64,000 bases of DNA from the NCBI RefSeq assembly GCF_016433145.1, contig NC_058135.1:284432405-284496404 (forward strand), written 5' to 3'. This document shows, one piece after another, positions 36,718 through 61,052 of the stretch; position 1 is the stretch's first letter; each line of letters opens with the position of its first letter. Under the pieces are notes generated by a model. The model was not told the origin of the DNA. It saw nothing but the letters and a program-made list of their open reading frames with translations, and did no database searches. This DNA comes from Gracilinanus agilis (Eukaryota). The position numbers were made by a program, and so were the translations under genes.

Positions 36718-37919
36718 GTGAGCGAGTGGCAGGGTGGGGGAGAAGGAGAGAGCGCTAACGTCATCCCTCCTCTTCCCTCCCCCCTATCTCAACTCCCGCG
36801 CCCGACGCTATGAGCCCGCCCCCTGCGCCATAGCCCCCCAATCCGGAGCCACGGCCGTCAGCGCCCCGCCCCCAGTTGTTCCCGGCTCCTCCCCCTGCGG
36901 CAGCTCCTGCAGCCTCCGCCCCAGCCCCCCACATGGCCCGGGCGGTCTCCCAAGACCATCCCTAGGCCTCATCGAGCTCTGATCCCGGGTCCGAGGCCTG
37001 CCTTTGGCCCTGACCACGCACGTTCCTTGGGGTGATTCCCCTACCCCCCCTCCCCGGGCCTCATTTTCCTCCTCTGCGTAAGGACAGTTGAAGCCATGCC
37101 TGAGGGCCCTTCCCTTGGTCAGACACGGACACTGACCATCTCTGCTGCCTCCCCGAGCCCAGCCCACCCTGCAGCCTCCGGAGTTTGGGGGGGAAAACTC
37201 CCGATTGCCCCGGAAACGGGCGCCTGGGGAAGGCAGGGATGCCCCTGGCAAGACACTGCCCCTTCCTGGAATAGACCTAGAGGATAGAGAGACTGTTTTG
37301 GATCCCTCCCCACTCGCTGCTGCTGCTGCCCACCCCGCTTCCCCTGTCTCCCCAAGGAGCCCTCCCCAGCCCCTTCCTGCTGCCACCCTCTCCTAGAACC
37401 AGGACGAAGTTTGGCCTAACCAACCCCGGGCCAAACCTTCCGCCTAGGAAGCGGAGATAGGAATGGCCCTGGGGCCTAGGCTGGAGTGTGTATTCAAGCC
37501 CTGTGTAGCTCCCTGGCCTCTGATGGGGCTTTTCCTACCCCAAGACAATTCCAAGTCATATTTAGAGGAATCCTGAACAAGCAAAAGGTTTGAAAACACA
37601 GGTTGGGCTTAATACTCCAAAACAATATCTTAATCCTTGGATGCCAATGAGGATGCTGCCCTTGGGTGGGTCAGGGCCCCCCAACCATTTCAGGGGACTG
37701 CAGAGGCAAAGTTGGGTATTCTTTTCACTCCATTCATTTCCTGAAACCTAAGCCTTTATCTTTTCACCTTTATTCTACATGCTTTCCTAAAGAGAAGAGG
37801 TTGGAGAAAATACTGTTTCTTGATATTTTCAGTTGAACTAAAAAGGAGAATTTTACATATTTCCACCCATAGTCCATGTCTCTGCTAAGAGGAGGGAGGT
37901 GGGCTTCATCATCAGTCTA

Positions 37920-38225
37920 CTTCTATCCTCTTTCTTTTACAGATAGGTAAACTTTGGCCCAAAGGGGTTAAATGATTACTCATGATCAATTAAGCTAGTA
38001 AGTAACAGAACCAGGATTCAAACCCATCTCTTGACTTTTTTTTTTTTTACCCCTTCTGACTTAGAATTGATACTAAGTATTGCTTCTAAGGTGAAAGGGC
38101 TAGGCAATGGGTATTAGGTGACTTGTCCAGGGTCACCCAGCTAGGAAGTATGTGAGGCCATATTTGAAGCCAGGACCTCCTATCTCCAATCCTGGCTCTA
38201 CCCTCTGAGCCCCTTAGCTGCTCCT
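37920..38225 (-). mobile_element. MIR plus SINE1 cluster
   Basis: TTTTACAGATAGGTAAACT..GGATTCAAACCC, then T-tail and GTGACTTGTCCAGGGTCAC. Confidence 0.8.
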
Positions 38226-38765
38226 TCTTAAGTCCCTGCCTCTTTCCACTGTACCATACTGCTTGCTCCATCTCATTTCCCCAACTTTAGGATCCAGGAA
38301 CAGCTTCTTCCCAGAGCCAAAAAATAAAGTTGTTTGCTTTGTTCCCTTTGGGAATGCCCTAGAGGTCATTAGCATGTGTCTGCGATGACCAACCTGGGAT
38401 CCTGTCCAGACCACTGGGGTTGTCCCTGCCTTGAGGGCTCTGGGGTAGCTCTACTCCCAAAGGCAGGGTGTGTGCCCCAGATTAGTTTTCCTCTGGTGCA
38501 GGGAGAGGTTTGGGAGCATGTGTGGACCTTGGTCTTTCTTCTCCTGTGCCTTCCACACTCCATTGTTGGGCCACGAGATAGAGTTTGGACTTAGATCAAA
38601 GTTCTTAGGTGGGAACAGGATCCCAAGGGGGCAGAGAACTCATGCTGGCACCATTGTGCTTGGCTTGGCTCAGCCCCTTGGGCCAACCCCCATTGATCCT
38701 GCCCTCCAAATAGGGCCTCCACTTCCCACCAGCACACACTCAGCTCTGGTTCCTTGTTCCTGTAG

Positions 38766-38937
38766 ATACTACTGTTGGAGCTACTTCTCCCAGTTTAGCT
38801 CAGAAGAATCCCACGTGGACAGAAAGCCCTGAGGCACTTGCTGGATAGGTTGCTTGCCTTCCAGCTTGCCTTCCCACCTCCACTGACAACTGGGAACTCA
38901 TTCTGGAGTCTGCCTCCCTTTCTGAATCTTTCCCACA

Positions 38938-38940
<3 letters not shown>
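38766..38940 (+). CDS. TKFC: TKFC exon 2: 5'UTR plus the initiator ATG only (38938-38940)
   Basis: Acceptor ttccttgttcctgtag; ends cacaATG|gtgagt with no upstream ATG in the exon. The next exon begins in phase 0 without its own Met. Confidence 0.75.
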
Positions 38941-50870
<11,930 letters not shown>

Positions 50871-51363
50871 CCCCCCCTCCAGCCGGCGCCTCGGCCACTG
50901 CCATGCAGCCGCCGAGAGCTGCCCCTCCTCTGCCTCCTCTCGGCGCCATTCCGCACGATGCCCCTTTCTGGCCTGGAGAAGGTGTCCCTTTGGGGTGCGG
51001 AGGTCCCCTTGGCACAATCATGTTTTTAAATGCCTAAAAGGCATCCGATTACAAATTCAATACAAGGACCAAAGTCATCCTGTTCCCAGATCTGAGGCTG
51101 AGGACTGCTCCAGAAGGCTCCAAGCCCTCCAGTCATCCCAGCCCTGGCCAAGGCAAAGCCTGCTTTGGAGTTTTGGCCCTTCTGGCCTCCAGGACACAAG
51201 CAAGGCTCTGCTCCCCATCAACCCTCTTGTTCCGGGGAGGGTGGAGCAGTCTGGCAGGCCCCCAGGCCCTCCAGATGGCTAGCCATGTGCCTCAGGGAGA
51301 AGACTCTCCTGTTCCTGTCAGGGCCCGTGTTTTTAATGCTCTCTCCTGTGTGAGCCTTTTGTC

Positions 51364-51394
51364 AATAAACTGGCAGAGGGTGAGACCTAATAAA
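51364..51394 (+). terminator. TKFC polyadenylation signals (two AATAAA, 51364-51369 and 51389-51394)
   Basis: Tandem AATAAA about 500 nt after the stop codon. Confidence 0.75.
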
Positions 51395-52099
51395 TCATGT
51401 CCTAGCTGCAGCAATGTGGTGGCTACTTCCTTCCCCTCCTTCCCTTCCTTCCCTGCTATGCCCGTTGGTTGTTCAAAGCCTGAGACAGAGGTGGACTCCC
51501 ACCAGCCCGCGCCAAGGTGGCTAACTGACAAGATTTGAACTTGGCACCCTGGGGCTTCCTGTCTTCAGAGACCTGCCCAGTGCAGGTGAGCAGGATGGGG
51601 ACATCTCTGATCTAGGACAGAGGGAAGCCGCTCGCCAGCACAGTGACAGGCCAAAGAACGTGGCCCATTGCAGACAGCACTGAGGGGACTGGATGTTCCA
51701 CAAGGCCCACTTCCTCCTAAGCCCAGAGCTCCTCTCGTCTTCCAAACTTCTCCTTCTTATCCCAGATGACTTTGGCCAAGTCCAAGCCTGAGCGAGCAGA
51801 GGCGGCAGTGGAGTCAGCCACAGAGGTCCATCAGCCAGAGCCCAGCACGTCTCCAGTGCCTCAGAGGGGCACAGTTTTGGTACTGAATTCAGAGTTGATG
51901 CCCCAGAGAGGTGGAGGGGGCCCAAAGGGGCCAAGAGCAGCATCCACCCAGGTCCTCTCCCATCTCAGCTGGTTCTCTGCTGATGAGTGCTGTGAGCTAT
52001 AGAAATTCAGCTCAGGACATTATTGGGTCTTGACTCATGCCTGGGGCACACGCTGGTTCTCTTTGAATATAAAGCAACAACTTTAAAGAAGGGTCTATG

Positions 52100-52268
52100 C
52101 AGAGGTTCCCAAACTTTTTTGGCCTACTGTCCCCTTTCCAGAAAAAATATCACTTGGCGCCCTATTATGGTTATTCACTGCCCCCAAATGCACCTGTGGC
52201 CATCACCGCTCCCCTGGATCACTGCAGCACCCACCAGGGGGCAGTGGCGCCCACTTTGGGAATCACTG
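52100..52268. mobile_element. hAT/Charlie-type MITE (169 bp)
   Basis: TIRs CAGAGGTTCCCAAA / TTTGGGAATCACTG; right flank GTCTAGAC fits the NTCTAGAN target, left flank is a degraded copy. Confidence 0.85.
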
Positions 52269-52865
52269 GTCTAGACAGAGGAGTGTCTGCAATGGCCATC
52301 AAGAAGGGGCTCTTTGCAGCTCTATTAAGAATCATTTTGGGCTCCAATCAGAGCATGCTGGATAAGGGGGCCAGCCTGGAAGTCCGGGAGAAATCCAGGC
52401 TGCAGAACCCTGGGCAAATGCTGTCACCGTGGGGCCCCCAGGCAGCTAACACAGTTGCAGGGTAATTGCAAAGAGAATTTCCACAGACCAATTACGTGAT
52501 CAGTGCCACCCGCGTCCCTGCTGGGGTGGCCCTCCCCAAACTGACCCTGCACTGGCAGGAGGGGAGGGCCCGGCCCAGATCCACGATTCCCTCTGAGACA
52601 CATCGTGCCAAGCTCTCCTGGGTCTATAGCTCTGGAACCAGAGACGCTCGGGCTCAGACGGGACCCTGGAGGCCGTCTAATCCAAAACATCAACATACCA
52701 AAACGCCCTCTGTGAGCCCCCAGACAATAGTCGTCCAGGCAGGGGACCCAGAGGAGGGGCAGACTGGAATAGACTGCTGGACACGGCTAATAGCATCCTA
52801 GGCCAGGCCAGGATTCAGCCACGAGCTTGCGAGGCAGACTCAGACCAGGAAATGCAGTAAACAGC

Positions 52866-52871
52866 TTTAAT
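52866..52871 (-). terminator. Candidate CYB561A3 poly(A) signal ATTAAA (a second ATTAAA at 53378-53383)
   Basis: Variant hexamer on the minus strand about 1.65 kb after the stop codon; no transcript evidence. Confidence 0.45.
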
Positions 52872-52979
52872 GGGGAGGTTAAAGAATACAATTTCTGAAG
52901 TTAAAAAGGGCCCTGACCGATTAAAAATGATTCCCTCAAGCTCCAAAGGCATGGAGGCCTTGACCTGGGGCAGGAAGAC

Positions 52980-53160
52980 TTTTTTAAACCTTTACCTCCG
53001 GTCTTGGAAACAGTTCAAGGCAGAAGAGGGGTTAGGGTCAGGCCGTTAGGATTAAGTGGTTTGCCCAGGGTCACGCCACTAGGAAGTGCGGCCAAATTTG
53101 AACCCAGGATCTCCTGCCTTCAGGCCTGGCATTCTATCCACTGAGCCACCTAGCTGCCCC
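52980..53160 (-). mobile_element. SINE1-family SINE
   Basis: TTTTAAACCTTTACC..GCCCAGGGTCAC..TTTGAACCCAGG..CTAGCTGCCCC. Confidence 0.85.
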
Positions 53161-54518
53161 ATCAGGAAGATTACCCTGAGCAGGCTTCCCCCAGACCGGC
53201 CTTCTGTGCCTCAAACAGCCCCGGCACCTTTGAAGGATCAGCTCCGGAGGACATCAATCTATGGTGGCTCCAACTGCAAACGGTCAGGAAGCTGGTCTTC
53301 CTGTTTTCTCAAGGCTAAATTTGCAGCGGACATCCTGGGGGGCCAGAAAGCCTGAGGGGCTTCGATTCTTAAACACATTTAATGGGAACTTTCGGGATGT
53401 GCACCTCCATCACAGGGAGTGTCCTCGGAGCGCAATCACTCCACACTGCACGGGGCCGCCGAGCGGCTGGACGCTCCCCGCCAAAGGAGGGCTGCTTCAG
53501 CTGCCAAGCAAACACGAAAGGCCACATCCTCTCCTCTGGGCACGGCCAGCCTGAGCCCTGTCCAGGCCAGCCTCGCTTTGGAGGGAAGAGAAGGACCTCT
53601 GGAAACGGAGAGCAGAAATCTTTTGGAACAGCCACAAAAGGGAGGATGCGCAAGGGGCGAGCAGCAGATTTGGCTCTAAACAGTTGCAAGTGTCCCGAGC
53701 ACGGCCCCTGGGAGGTCCCTCGGGAAGGGTCCGTACTGCCCTATGTTGGCCTCGGTGGAAGTGTGGCCGTGTCCAAGGCCAGGGATGGGAGGAGGAGGGA
53801 GCTCTGGAAGCGGGCTGGTCCTAGGCTCCTCTCCACCGGGGCCCCCCCAGGCTCCTCCACCAAGTTCCTGAGGAAGGATGCTGGGGTGGGGAGTGTCCGT
53901 GGGATGGGCCAGGAGCAGCTCCCAGCCTGGCGAGCGGGTGAGGGTGAGAGGAATCCGGCGTCCGCGTCCAAAGCCGGCCCATTATCAGGACCCGCCGTGA
54001 TGCAGGTCCCTTGGCAGGCCAGTGATCAGAGTTCTTGTGACTGCCAGCAGGCCACAGGCATGTAAGCAACAGGGGAAGATCCAGGGCCCAGCTGGAGCAG
54101 AAGCTAGAGGGAGTGACAGTCGGAGCAGCCACCTCACTCCGAGGGCTGCAGCCCCTTCCCCCCCCGAGGGCCGCGGCCCACCCACCCATTCGCAGACAGC
54201 TCTGGGTGCCTCCCGCAGGGCCGCCCCTGCCCAGCCCGGAGTGGCCCATGGGGGGAGGCGCGGAGGCAGGTGCGGTGAGGCGGCCACTGGACACAGGCCC
54301 AGCCCTCTGGAGCAGGGAGCTGGGAGCCGAGCCTCACAGAAGGGCCTCAGGAAGGTCCGAGAGGTGCACAAGCCAGCGCCGTTGGGCAAGCAGCAGGCCG
54401 GGAGCCCAAGGGTTAGAGCCAAGCAAGCACCGGAGTCCAGGCCATTCCGGAGTCCCCGGCGGAGCGGAGCTTGGGGGAGCGCGGCTGGCAAGGCCTGCTC
54501 CTGGGGGCCCTCCGTGCC

Positions 54519-54542
54519 TCATTCTCCCTCCTGCAGCAGGGG
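54519..54542 (-). CDS. CYB561A3: CYB561A3 last coding exon (24 nt, PLLQEGE*)
   Basis: Acceptor ctctttccag|CCCCTGCTGCAGGAGGGAGAATGA; brings the total to 242 aa. Confidence 0.9.
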   Translation of the reverse strand, partial: PLLQEGE

Positions 54543-57295
54543 CTGGAAAGAGAGTTGAGGGCACGTGAGGCCAGACAGACCAACGCCCGACACCAGCAGG
54601 GCCCAGCGGGCAGAGACCGAGCCCAAGCCCAGGGTGCCACCCAAGCCCCCATTGCCCAGCAGTCGCTAAGGCTGCCTCTGGAAGCCACTCGGAGGGAAAA
54701 GGCGAGAAAGTCTTCTTGAAAACGGGACTCGTCCCCTCTCTGGCCTCGGCTCTCGTCCCGGCACGAGGCGGTGGAGGTCGCAGGGGACGGGCCAGGCTGA
54801 GGCCTGACAAAAGGCCCCTCGAACAAGGGAATGGAGGCCAGACTTCCCCTTCCTGTCCGCACGGCTCTGAAAATCAGGTCCCAGCCGGGGCCTGTTTCCT
54901 CGCTGATAAAATGAGGCCCGACCAGGAGCCGTCTAACCCGGCTCTAGTGTGACCTCTGACCGGGGGCTCCCAGCAGTGTCCGTGGCAGGACCCGAACCCA
55001 AGGGCAACCGTCTTGCATCTGAGTTAACCATCGCAACGAGAGGCAGGTGCACTGATGGAGAGTATCATTTCTCCTGGGCTGAAATTCTGCACCGCCGCCT
55101 GCCTCCTGCTCTTCCATCCCCGGCCCCTGGGCCTCGCTGCCCCCCATGTTCCCCGGCCACAAGGACTCGTACCTGTCTGTCGCTCAGGAGCCCCGGTTCG
55201 GGCCGTTTCCACGAGGAGGCCAGGAGGACGTAGAGCACACAGACTCCGAAGAGGAGCACCAGCATCCCAGTGGCGTTGGCAAAGCGGGCCTCTGGGGGGA
55301 GGCTGGAGTAGGGGGCGGTCACGTTCTTCCTGTGGGGCGGCAGCATTGGTTCTCCTCAGTCCCCGCCTGCCCGGCGGAGGGCTCCCCACCAACAAGGGGG
55401 CCTGAAAAGCCCTTTTCTAAGCATCTGCATCGCCCAGACAGGCTTCTGCTGTGATGCTACGGGCCCCCTTCCCAATCAGGAGGCGGGTCCTAACTCCAGG
55501 AAGATGGGGGGCTCCCGGCCCCCCAGCAGGGGGATCTCATTCCCACCCTGGAAGAACAGTGAGGGCCCCGCAGGACACTCACAGACTGAAGAAGAGCTTC
55601 TCATTGATTCCAGAGACGACAGAGGCCATGGAGAGGGCCAGGATGGTGGCCCCAAAAAAGACATGGAGGGGCTTGAGGAGACTGCGAAGCCACAGGGATG
55701 CCCAGGGTAACAGGAAGATGGTAAAGCCCAGGAACCACTGAGGGGAGAACCATGGACCAGGGGAAGGGCATAAACCAGCCACCCTCCTCCTCCCAGGCTT
55801 CGGGGCCCCCCAGCCCCCAGACAATTCCACCCCCTACCATTTCTCGAGGTCTGGCCCCCTCATTGCCATGGGTCATGCCAAAGGCCTACAAGGAATTCTC
55901 TCCTTCCAATAATCCTACAGCTCTTCAGCGTTCCCAATCCTGCTTCTGCCTCCCCTGACGGACCCAAAGCAGATCTCGGCAAGTCTTTCATTCCTGTCCA
56001 AACCGTCCTCGGATTCTATCTCGGGGACTGCGAGGCACCATGGCAGCACCAGGAGACAGCCAGGCCCCCGCCTAGGAAGGACCCCGAAGAGCGCCGGTCC
56101 TGGTGCCCAGATGGCCAGATCGCCCCCAGCGCCTCTGCCAGCGTCCCAGCAGCGCCTGCTGCCACCTTCAGACCGTCCCACCTTCATCCCAAGCTCTGCT
56201 CCGTCCTGCTCTTTCTGGGGAGGCCCACAGAAGGCCCAGGCTCCGGCCTGCAGCCCGGCAGTCCCTCAGGGGGAGGCCACCCACCTGGCAGGCAAAAAGG
56301 GCAACGGCGGTGATCCCCAGCCAGCTGTGCAAGGAGTAGAGGTGTGCAATGTGGCTGTGGCGATGGAAGTCAAAGACGGCCACCAGCCCCAGCACCGTCA
56401 GGACGAAGGCCGCCAGGTGCAGCGCCGCGTGGAGCAGCTTCCACGGCAGTTTGGGCCCGAGCCAGGCCTGGGGCAGGCGGTACACCAAGGAGGCTGCAGG
56501 GAGGCCAGAAGCCAGGGCTCGTCCCCCACCTCGGAGCCTCCGCCGGCCCGAGGGAAGGAGGCGGGCAGAGCTCAGGGCAGAGGGCACAGAGGGGGCACGG
56601 CTCCCCTTAGAGCTAAAAGGGACCCCCCGGGACAACCCCCTCATCTTACAAACAAGGAAACTGAGGCCTAGAGAGGGGAAGTTCCTCTCGCCCCAGGTCC
56701 CTCCCATAGGCAGTGTGCAGCCAGGCTAGGATGGGAACCTCAGTCTCTACCCAAGCAGCCTGTGCTGTGTGTCTCAGAAAGATGAAAAGAGAAAAGAGCA
56801 AAGAGCAGGCCACGGCCGGCTGGGGGTGGGAGGGGGCCGGAGTCTGCACGCTGCCCCCAGAGGCCCCCTCGGGCCGAGGCTTTTACTCCCATAAAGGGGA
56901 GAACCTGGAATCGTGGCCTCCTTCCCCAGCCCGCCTCACCCCCTCCTCACCACGGAGCTCCCCAAATACTCCTGTCGGCAGAGCACAGACCGGAGGGCTA
57001 AGACAAGAGTATTTTCTTCCCAATAATCCGGTGGATTTAGGAAGGGACCGTGGAGGGAGAAGAACGTCTGCTGGGCGACGTGCCCGAGGTGCCCCCCAGA
57101 GCCGCACTCACCAGCCCCGTACAGCACCACCATCCCGGCCACCATCAGCACAGGGTGCCAGTTGAACATGCGGCTGCTGCCGTCCCAGCCGAAGCCTCCG
57201 CGCCAGTGCTGGACCCAGTAGATGGTGAAGAGCACGCAGAGGGAGCCCAGCGTTCCCAGGACCAGGGAGAAGAGGTAGAACGGACCCCTGGCCAT
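54519..57295 (-). CDS. CYB561A3: Lysosomal cytochrome b561 family member A3, 5 coding exons, spliced CDS 729 nt = 242 aa
   Basis: MARGPFYLF..FNWHPVLM..KLLHAALH..YSLHSWLG..KPLHVFFG..SWKRPEPGLLSDRQPLLQEGE*. The heme-ligand His motifs are present and the exon phases are consistent. Confidence 0.96.
55173..55329 (-). CDS. CYB561A3: CYB561A3 coding exon 4 (157 nt)
   Basis: KNVTAPYSSLPPEARFANATGMLVLLFGVCVLYVLLASSWKRPEPGLLSDRQ. Confidence 0.95.
55583..55737 (-). CDS. CYB561A3: CYB561A3 coding exon 3 (155 nt)
   Basis: WFLGFTIFLLPWASLWLRSLLKPLHVFFGATILALSMASVVSGINEKLFFSL. Confidence 0.96.
56285..56493 (-). CDS. CYB561A3: CYB561A3 coding exon 2 (209 nt)
   Basis: ASLVYRLPQAWLGPKLPWKLLHAALHLAAFVLTVLGLVAVFDFHRHSHIAHLYSLHSWLGITAVALFACQ. 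Confidence 0.96.
57112..57295 (-). CDS. CYB561A3: CYB561A3 first coding exon (184 coding nt; acceptor at 57302)
   Basis: MARGPFYLFSLVLGTLGSLCVLFTIYWVQHWRGGFGWDGSSRMFNWHPVLMVAGMVVLYGA; Kozak GACATGG. Confidence 0.96.
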
Positions 57296-60127
57296 GTCGC
57301 TCCTGGGGAAGGACAGAAAAGACCGGCCACTCCTCGCTGGGGCTCCCGTGGAGGCCTGCCTGGCCCGTAGCAGCTCCTCAGCGGCCACGCTAGAGCCAGA
57401 GTGCCCCCGGCGAGAGCCCCGACAACGGCTGCCTTTACCCTCCCCGGACCTACGAGGGCCGACACGCCACGTGACAGCCCCGCCTGGCAGCCCCCACCTG
57501 GCAGCCCCGCTTCTGCTTTCTCAAACCTGAGGGAAACTCCAGAGGAAGAGGGAGAAGCGGCAGGTCACGGTCCGAGGACCACAAAGTCTATTTTGAGATG
57601 CCCCCCTTGATGGGGGCTCAGAAAAGGAAAGTGACCGAGCGGTGCCGCAGGGCTCATCTCTCAGCCCTGCGACCAGGCTGCCATCAGGAAGAGAGCCAGC
57701 CTGGGCAGGGGCCGGGACGGCGGGCATGGCGTGCCCGGCCAGTCCTGCTGGGGCTCAGGAAAGAGGGCCGGACCTTCGAAAGGCTCCCCCTGCTGGGAAT
57801 TCTGCCCCGATTCCCGGAGGACGGACCCAGGCCAGGCACAGCGGGCGCAGCCAAGGACACGACGGGCCCTCGAGGGGATGGGGAGGTCCCCCGTCGTTCA
57901 TGTAAGCCGCCGGGCCCCGGCCTCGGGCCATGAGGACACGGAACGACGGCCGGACTTCAAGGAGCTCGTGTTCTACAGGAGACCCCCAAACGCACCGGCA
58001 CTGGGGCGGGCACACGTGCCTACTATGTGCCGGGCACTTCCCAGAGAGCATCTTGTTAGATCTTCACCACCACCCTCTGTGGGTGCTCTTGGGATCCCCA
58101 CGTTACAAATGAGGAAACTGAGGCAGGCAGAGGGTCAGTGAGTTGCCTAGAGTCAAGCTAGTAGATGTCAGAGGCTGGATTTGAACTCAGCTCTTCCCAT
58201 CTCCAGGCCCAGCTCTCTGTGCCCTGTGGCATGCCCTAGTGGGCAGAAGTAAGGGAATGGATTGCAGGCACAGCAGGCATCGACATGGCAGAGAGCCAGG
58301 GTGGCAGGGAGGGCCCGAAGGGGCAGGGTCTGATCTGAGCACGGGAGGACGGATGGACCAGGGGCGAGACCAGAGGCCTCCTGAAGGGCTGGTTCCTGCC
58401 CCCCCCCGACCCCCCCGCCCTTCAGACTTTACTTCCAGCTGCCTTGCTGCAGGGTCCTGAGGAAGAAGGTGTCGGGGACTCACAGAGGCCAGCCAGGTCT
58501 CCCACCTCCCCAGGCCCAGGCCCCGCTAAGCCCCCTTCCTGGGCTCACCTAAGAACTTGACGCTTGGATGGGGAGGGCAGGGCTGGGCCCTGAGCCAGCC
58601 AGCCCAGAGCGGGGTCCAAAGGTCCACAGAGCCCCACGAGGCTGGCCCCAGAAGATCACACCACAGGCATCCTGGCAGTGCCATGATCTTTCCTATCAGG
58701 GTTCTCTAAAGCCCGACCCTGGACCCGCCATCCGACAAGCTCAGGTACGACGGGGTCACCGGCTCAGCCAAATGAGAGTTCGAATGGCTCACCCCAGGTG
58801 CCCCATCTGCAGCCAACTGAAGCCCACACAGGCCTCCTGCCATGGGCTGTGCCCCTTCTCTGCCACCCCCCAGCCCGAGCAGGAGACACCCATCTCTCTA
58901 GCTGGCTCAGGTAGCTCTTTGGGGAAGCGAGTCTGGTCAGCTTTGGGCCTTGGGGCTGACCCTAGACCCTCCAGCCAAAACTCTGCCCAGAACCCCGGCC
59001 TTCCAGGGTCTCGCTCCACCCTCTGCCTGCACACGGAGGGGCTGAGACTTCTCCAAAGCTCCCAGGGCCCCCTCGTGCCAGGCTGCCTCCTCCCCTTCTC
59101 CCACGCTCACTCACTGAACAATTCCCTCAATGGCCTCATGGTTCCACCCCCGAGTCTCGAGTCTCGGCGCAGCACTTCACCTCCCTGGCCCGTACAGGCT
59201 CCCTCTCAGAATGGAGCTCTTCGAGGCCCCACGTTTGGATCTGTCGTGCCCAGCACTTAGCCCAGCGCCTGGCCCACAGCAAGATTTGAACAAGGCTTCT
59301 TCGGTCAGCCATCACACCACCCATCTGGCACCCTGCATTCACCCACTTCCATTTCCAGGTGCTGCACAGGAACAATAGTTGAATCCACAATACTGTAGCT
59401 TCTGGAAAGGCCCTGAGGCCCCCCGTGTCACCCGGAGGCTCCCCAGACTAGCCCAAACTCTGGTGAGAACTCCCTCTTCATATACCCTGCTAATGCCTAG
59501 ATCTTAGGGAGAAATCCTGGCTGCTCCAGTGGCTGGGATCCGGGTCCCAGATACCATCCAGTCTGTTCTTGGGAATTCCCAGGAACGCCTTCCTTTTTAA
59601 CACAATTTGATTAGGAAACAAGGGAGGCAGAGGTTCGCCCATCAGAGGGCTCTGGGGAGGGTCAAGAGAGGGGCTGAACTAGGAGCTCCTACAACTGTCT
59701 GGAGCTGCCGGAGCCGGCTGTGGGCCCTGCTCCGGGAGAGCCAAGGAAACCCGTGTCACCTTCTCCCGTATGATGCTGGCCTAGCCAGGAAGCCTGGAGT
59801 CATGAGTGAACGGATGTTAGTACCCAAGAAGCAGCCTCTCAAGATCACTCTAACCCTCTCCACGCCCTCGCTCCCAGGTGCCAACGGAAGCTCCCTGAGG
59901 GCAAGGCCTGGATCTCTGGCCAGCTTCTACCTCCAGTGTCTAGGCCCGAGCTTGTCAACTGTGTCAACCAACTCAAGAATTTTTAAATTTATAATTTTAC
60001 TGTTATTTACTGAGATTTTTCCTACTTGCAAAAACGTACTTTAAGTACAAAGGACTGCAGAGAGATACGTTAATTTTACTCTAAAATTGCAATTTTCATC
60101 TTGCTCTTTCTAGTAAGGACAGTGAGC

Positions 60128-60690
60128 TGTGTCCCAGCCCTTTGAGGTCTTCTCCAAGTCTATGAATAAAAGAGTTTTTTATTCGTTCTTTCAGAGGTAA
60201 CCCCCTCAAGGCCTGGTTGGTGGAAACGGCATCGCACACACAAGAAGAGGGTATTGAGGCAATATGGGTACCTGTTATATAGCCGGAATGAAGGCAAATA
60301 TGGTGCCAGGAGAGGAGCTAGGCTGGCAGCCTCCAGATACTAAGAGCGTCAGGAAGAGGGACGTCCTCAGTGCATGGCGTGGGTCCTCTGTAGCAGGCTA
60401 AAAGAGAACCATAGACGACCACGGTGTAAGCTGGGAAAGAGCAGAAGCGTGGGAATCCCACCATTAGGAAGGTGAGCCACCCAACATCATAGAACCAGCG
60501 AGAACCAAGTTTCGGATGAGATGCCACCAACCAGGCTCCCATTTGGTTTAAGAGCTGATAACCTGTATCTTTGGCCAACAAAAGGGGCCATCTTGGAACT
60601 AGGAGCCTAAATCCCTCGAAAGAAATGGTGGGATCCCAAACAATGCACTCATCTGCAGGGTCTGGCCATCTGCTTTTGCTCAGAAGCTTC
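60128..60690 (-). mobile_element. Putative solo LTR in CYB561A3 intron 1
   Basis: Minus strand has a CCAAGATGGC motif, TATATAA at 60281-60275, AATAAA at 60183-60178 and a ..GACACA end. No TSD was resolved. Confidence 0.5.
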
Positions 60691-60708
60691 TGGAAAGTTA
60701 TAGTTCAT

Positions 60709-60900
60709 GGGGCAGCTAGGTGGCTCTGTAAATAGAGTGAAAGGCCTGGAGTTGGGAGGACCTGGGTTCAAACCTGGCCTCCAACAATTCCTGACTGTAT
60801 GACCCTGGGCAAGTTACTTAACCCCACTTGCCTAGCCCTTGGGAACCTTCTGCCTTGGGAACCAATATTTAATATTGAATCTAAGACAGAATATGAGGGG
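60709..60900 (+). mobile_element. SINE1-family SINE
   Basis: GGGGCAGCTAGGTGGCTC head, GGTTCAAA B box, A tail. Confidence 0.9.
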
Positions 60901-61052
60901 AAAAAAAGGCAAAGTCACAAAAAATCTGCTTGAATTCCTTAAGTCTGGCTTCTTTCCTTTTTTCAGGGTTATTTAGCTCATCAGTAAGTAGAGGGCAGCT
61001 GCAAGAAAGAGTTTACCTCAATTTCAGTAAAGCACTGTGCAAAGACACTTTT

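Noticed and set aside
58478-58560. Candidate minus-strand donors for a second non-coding CYB561A3 exon
   Set aside because: There are several plausible GT sites and no way to fix the acceptor without transcripts.
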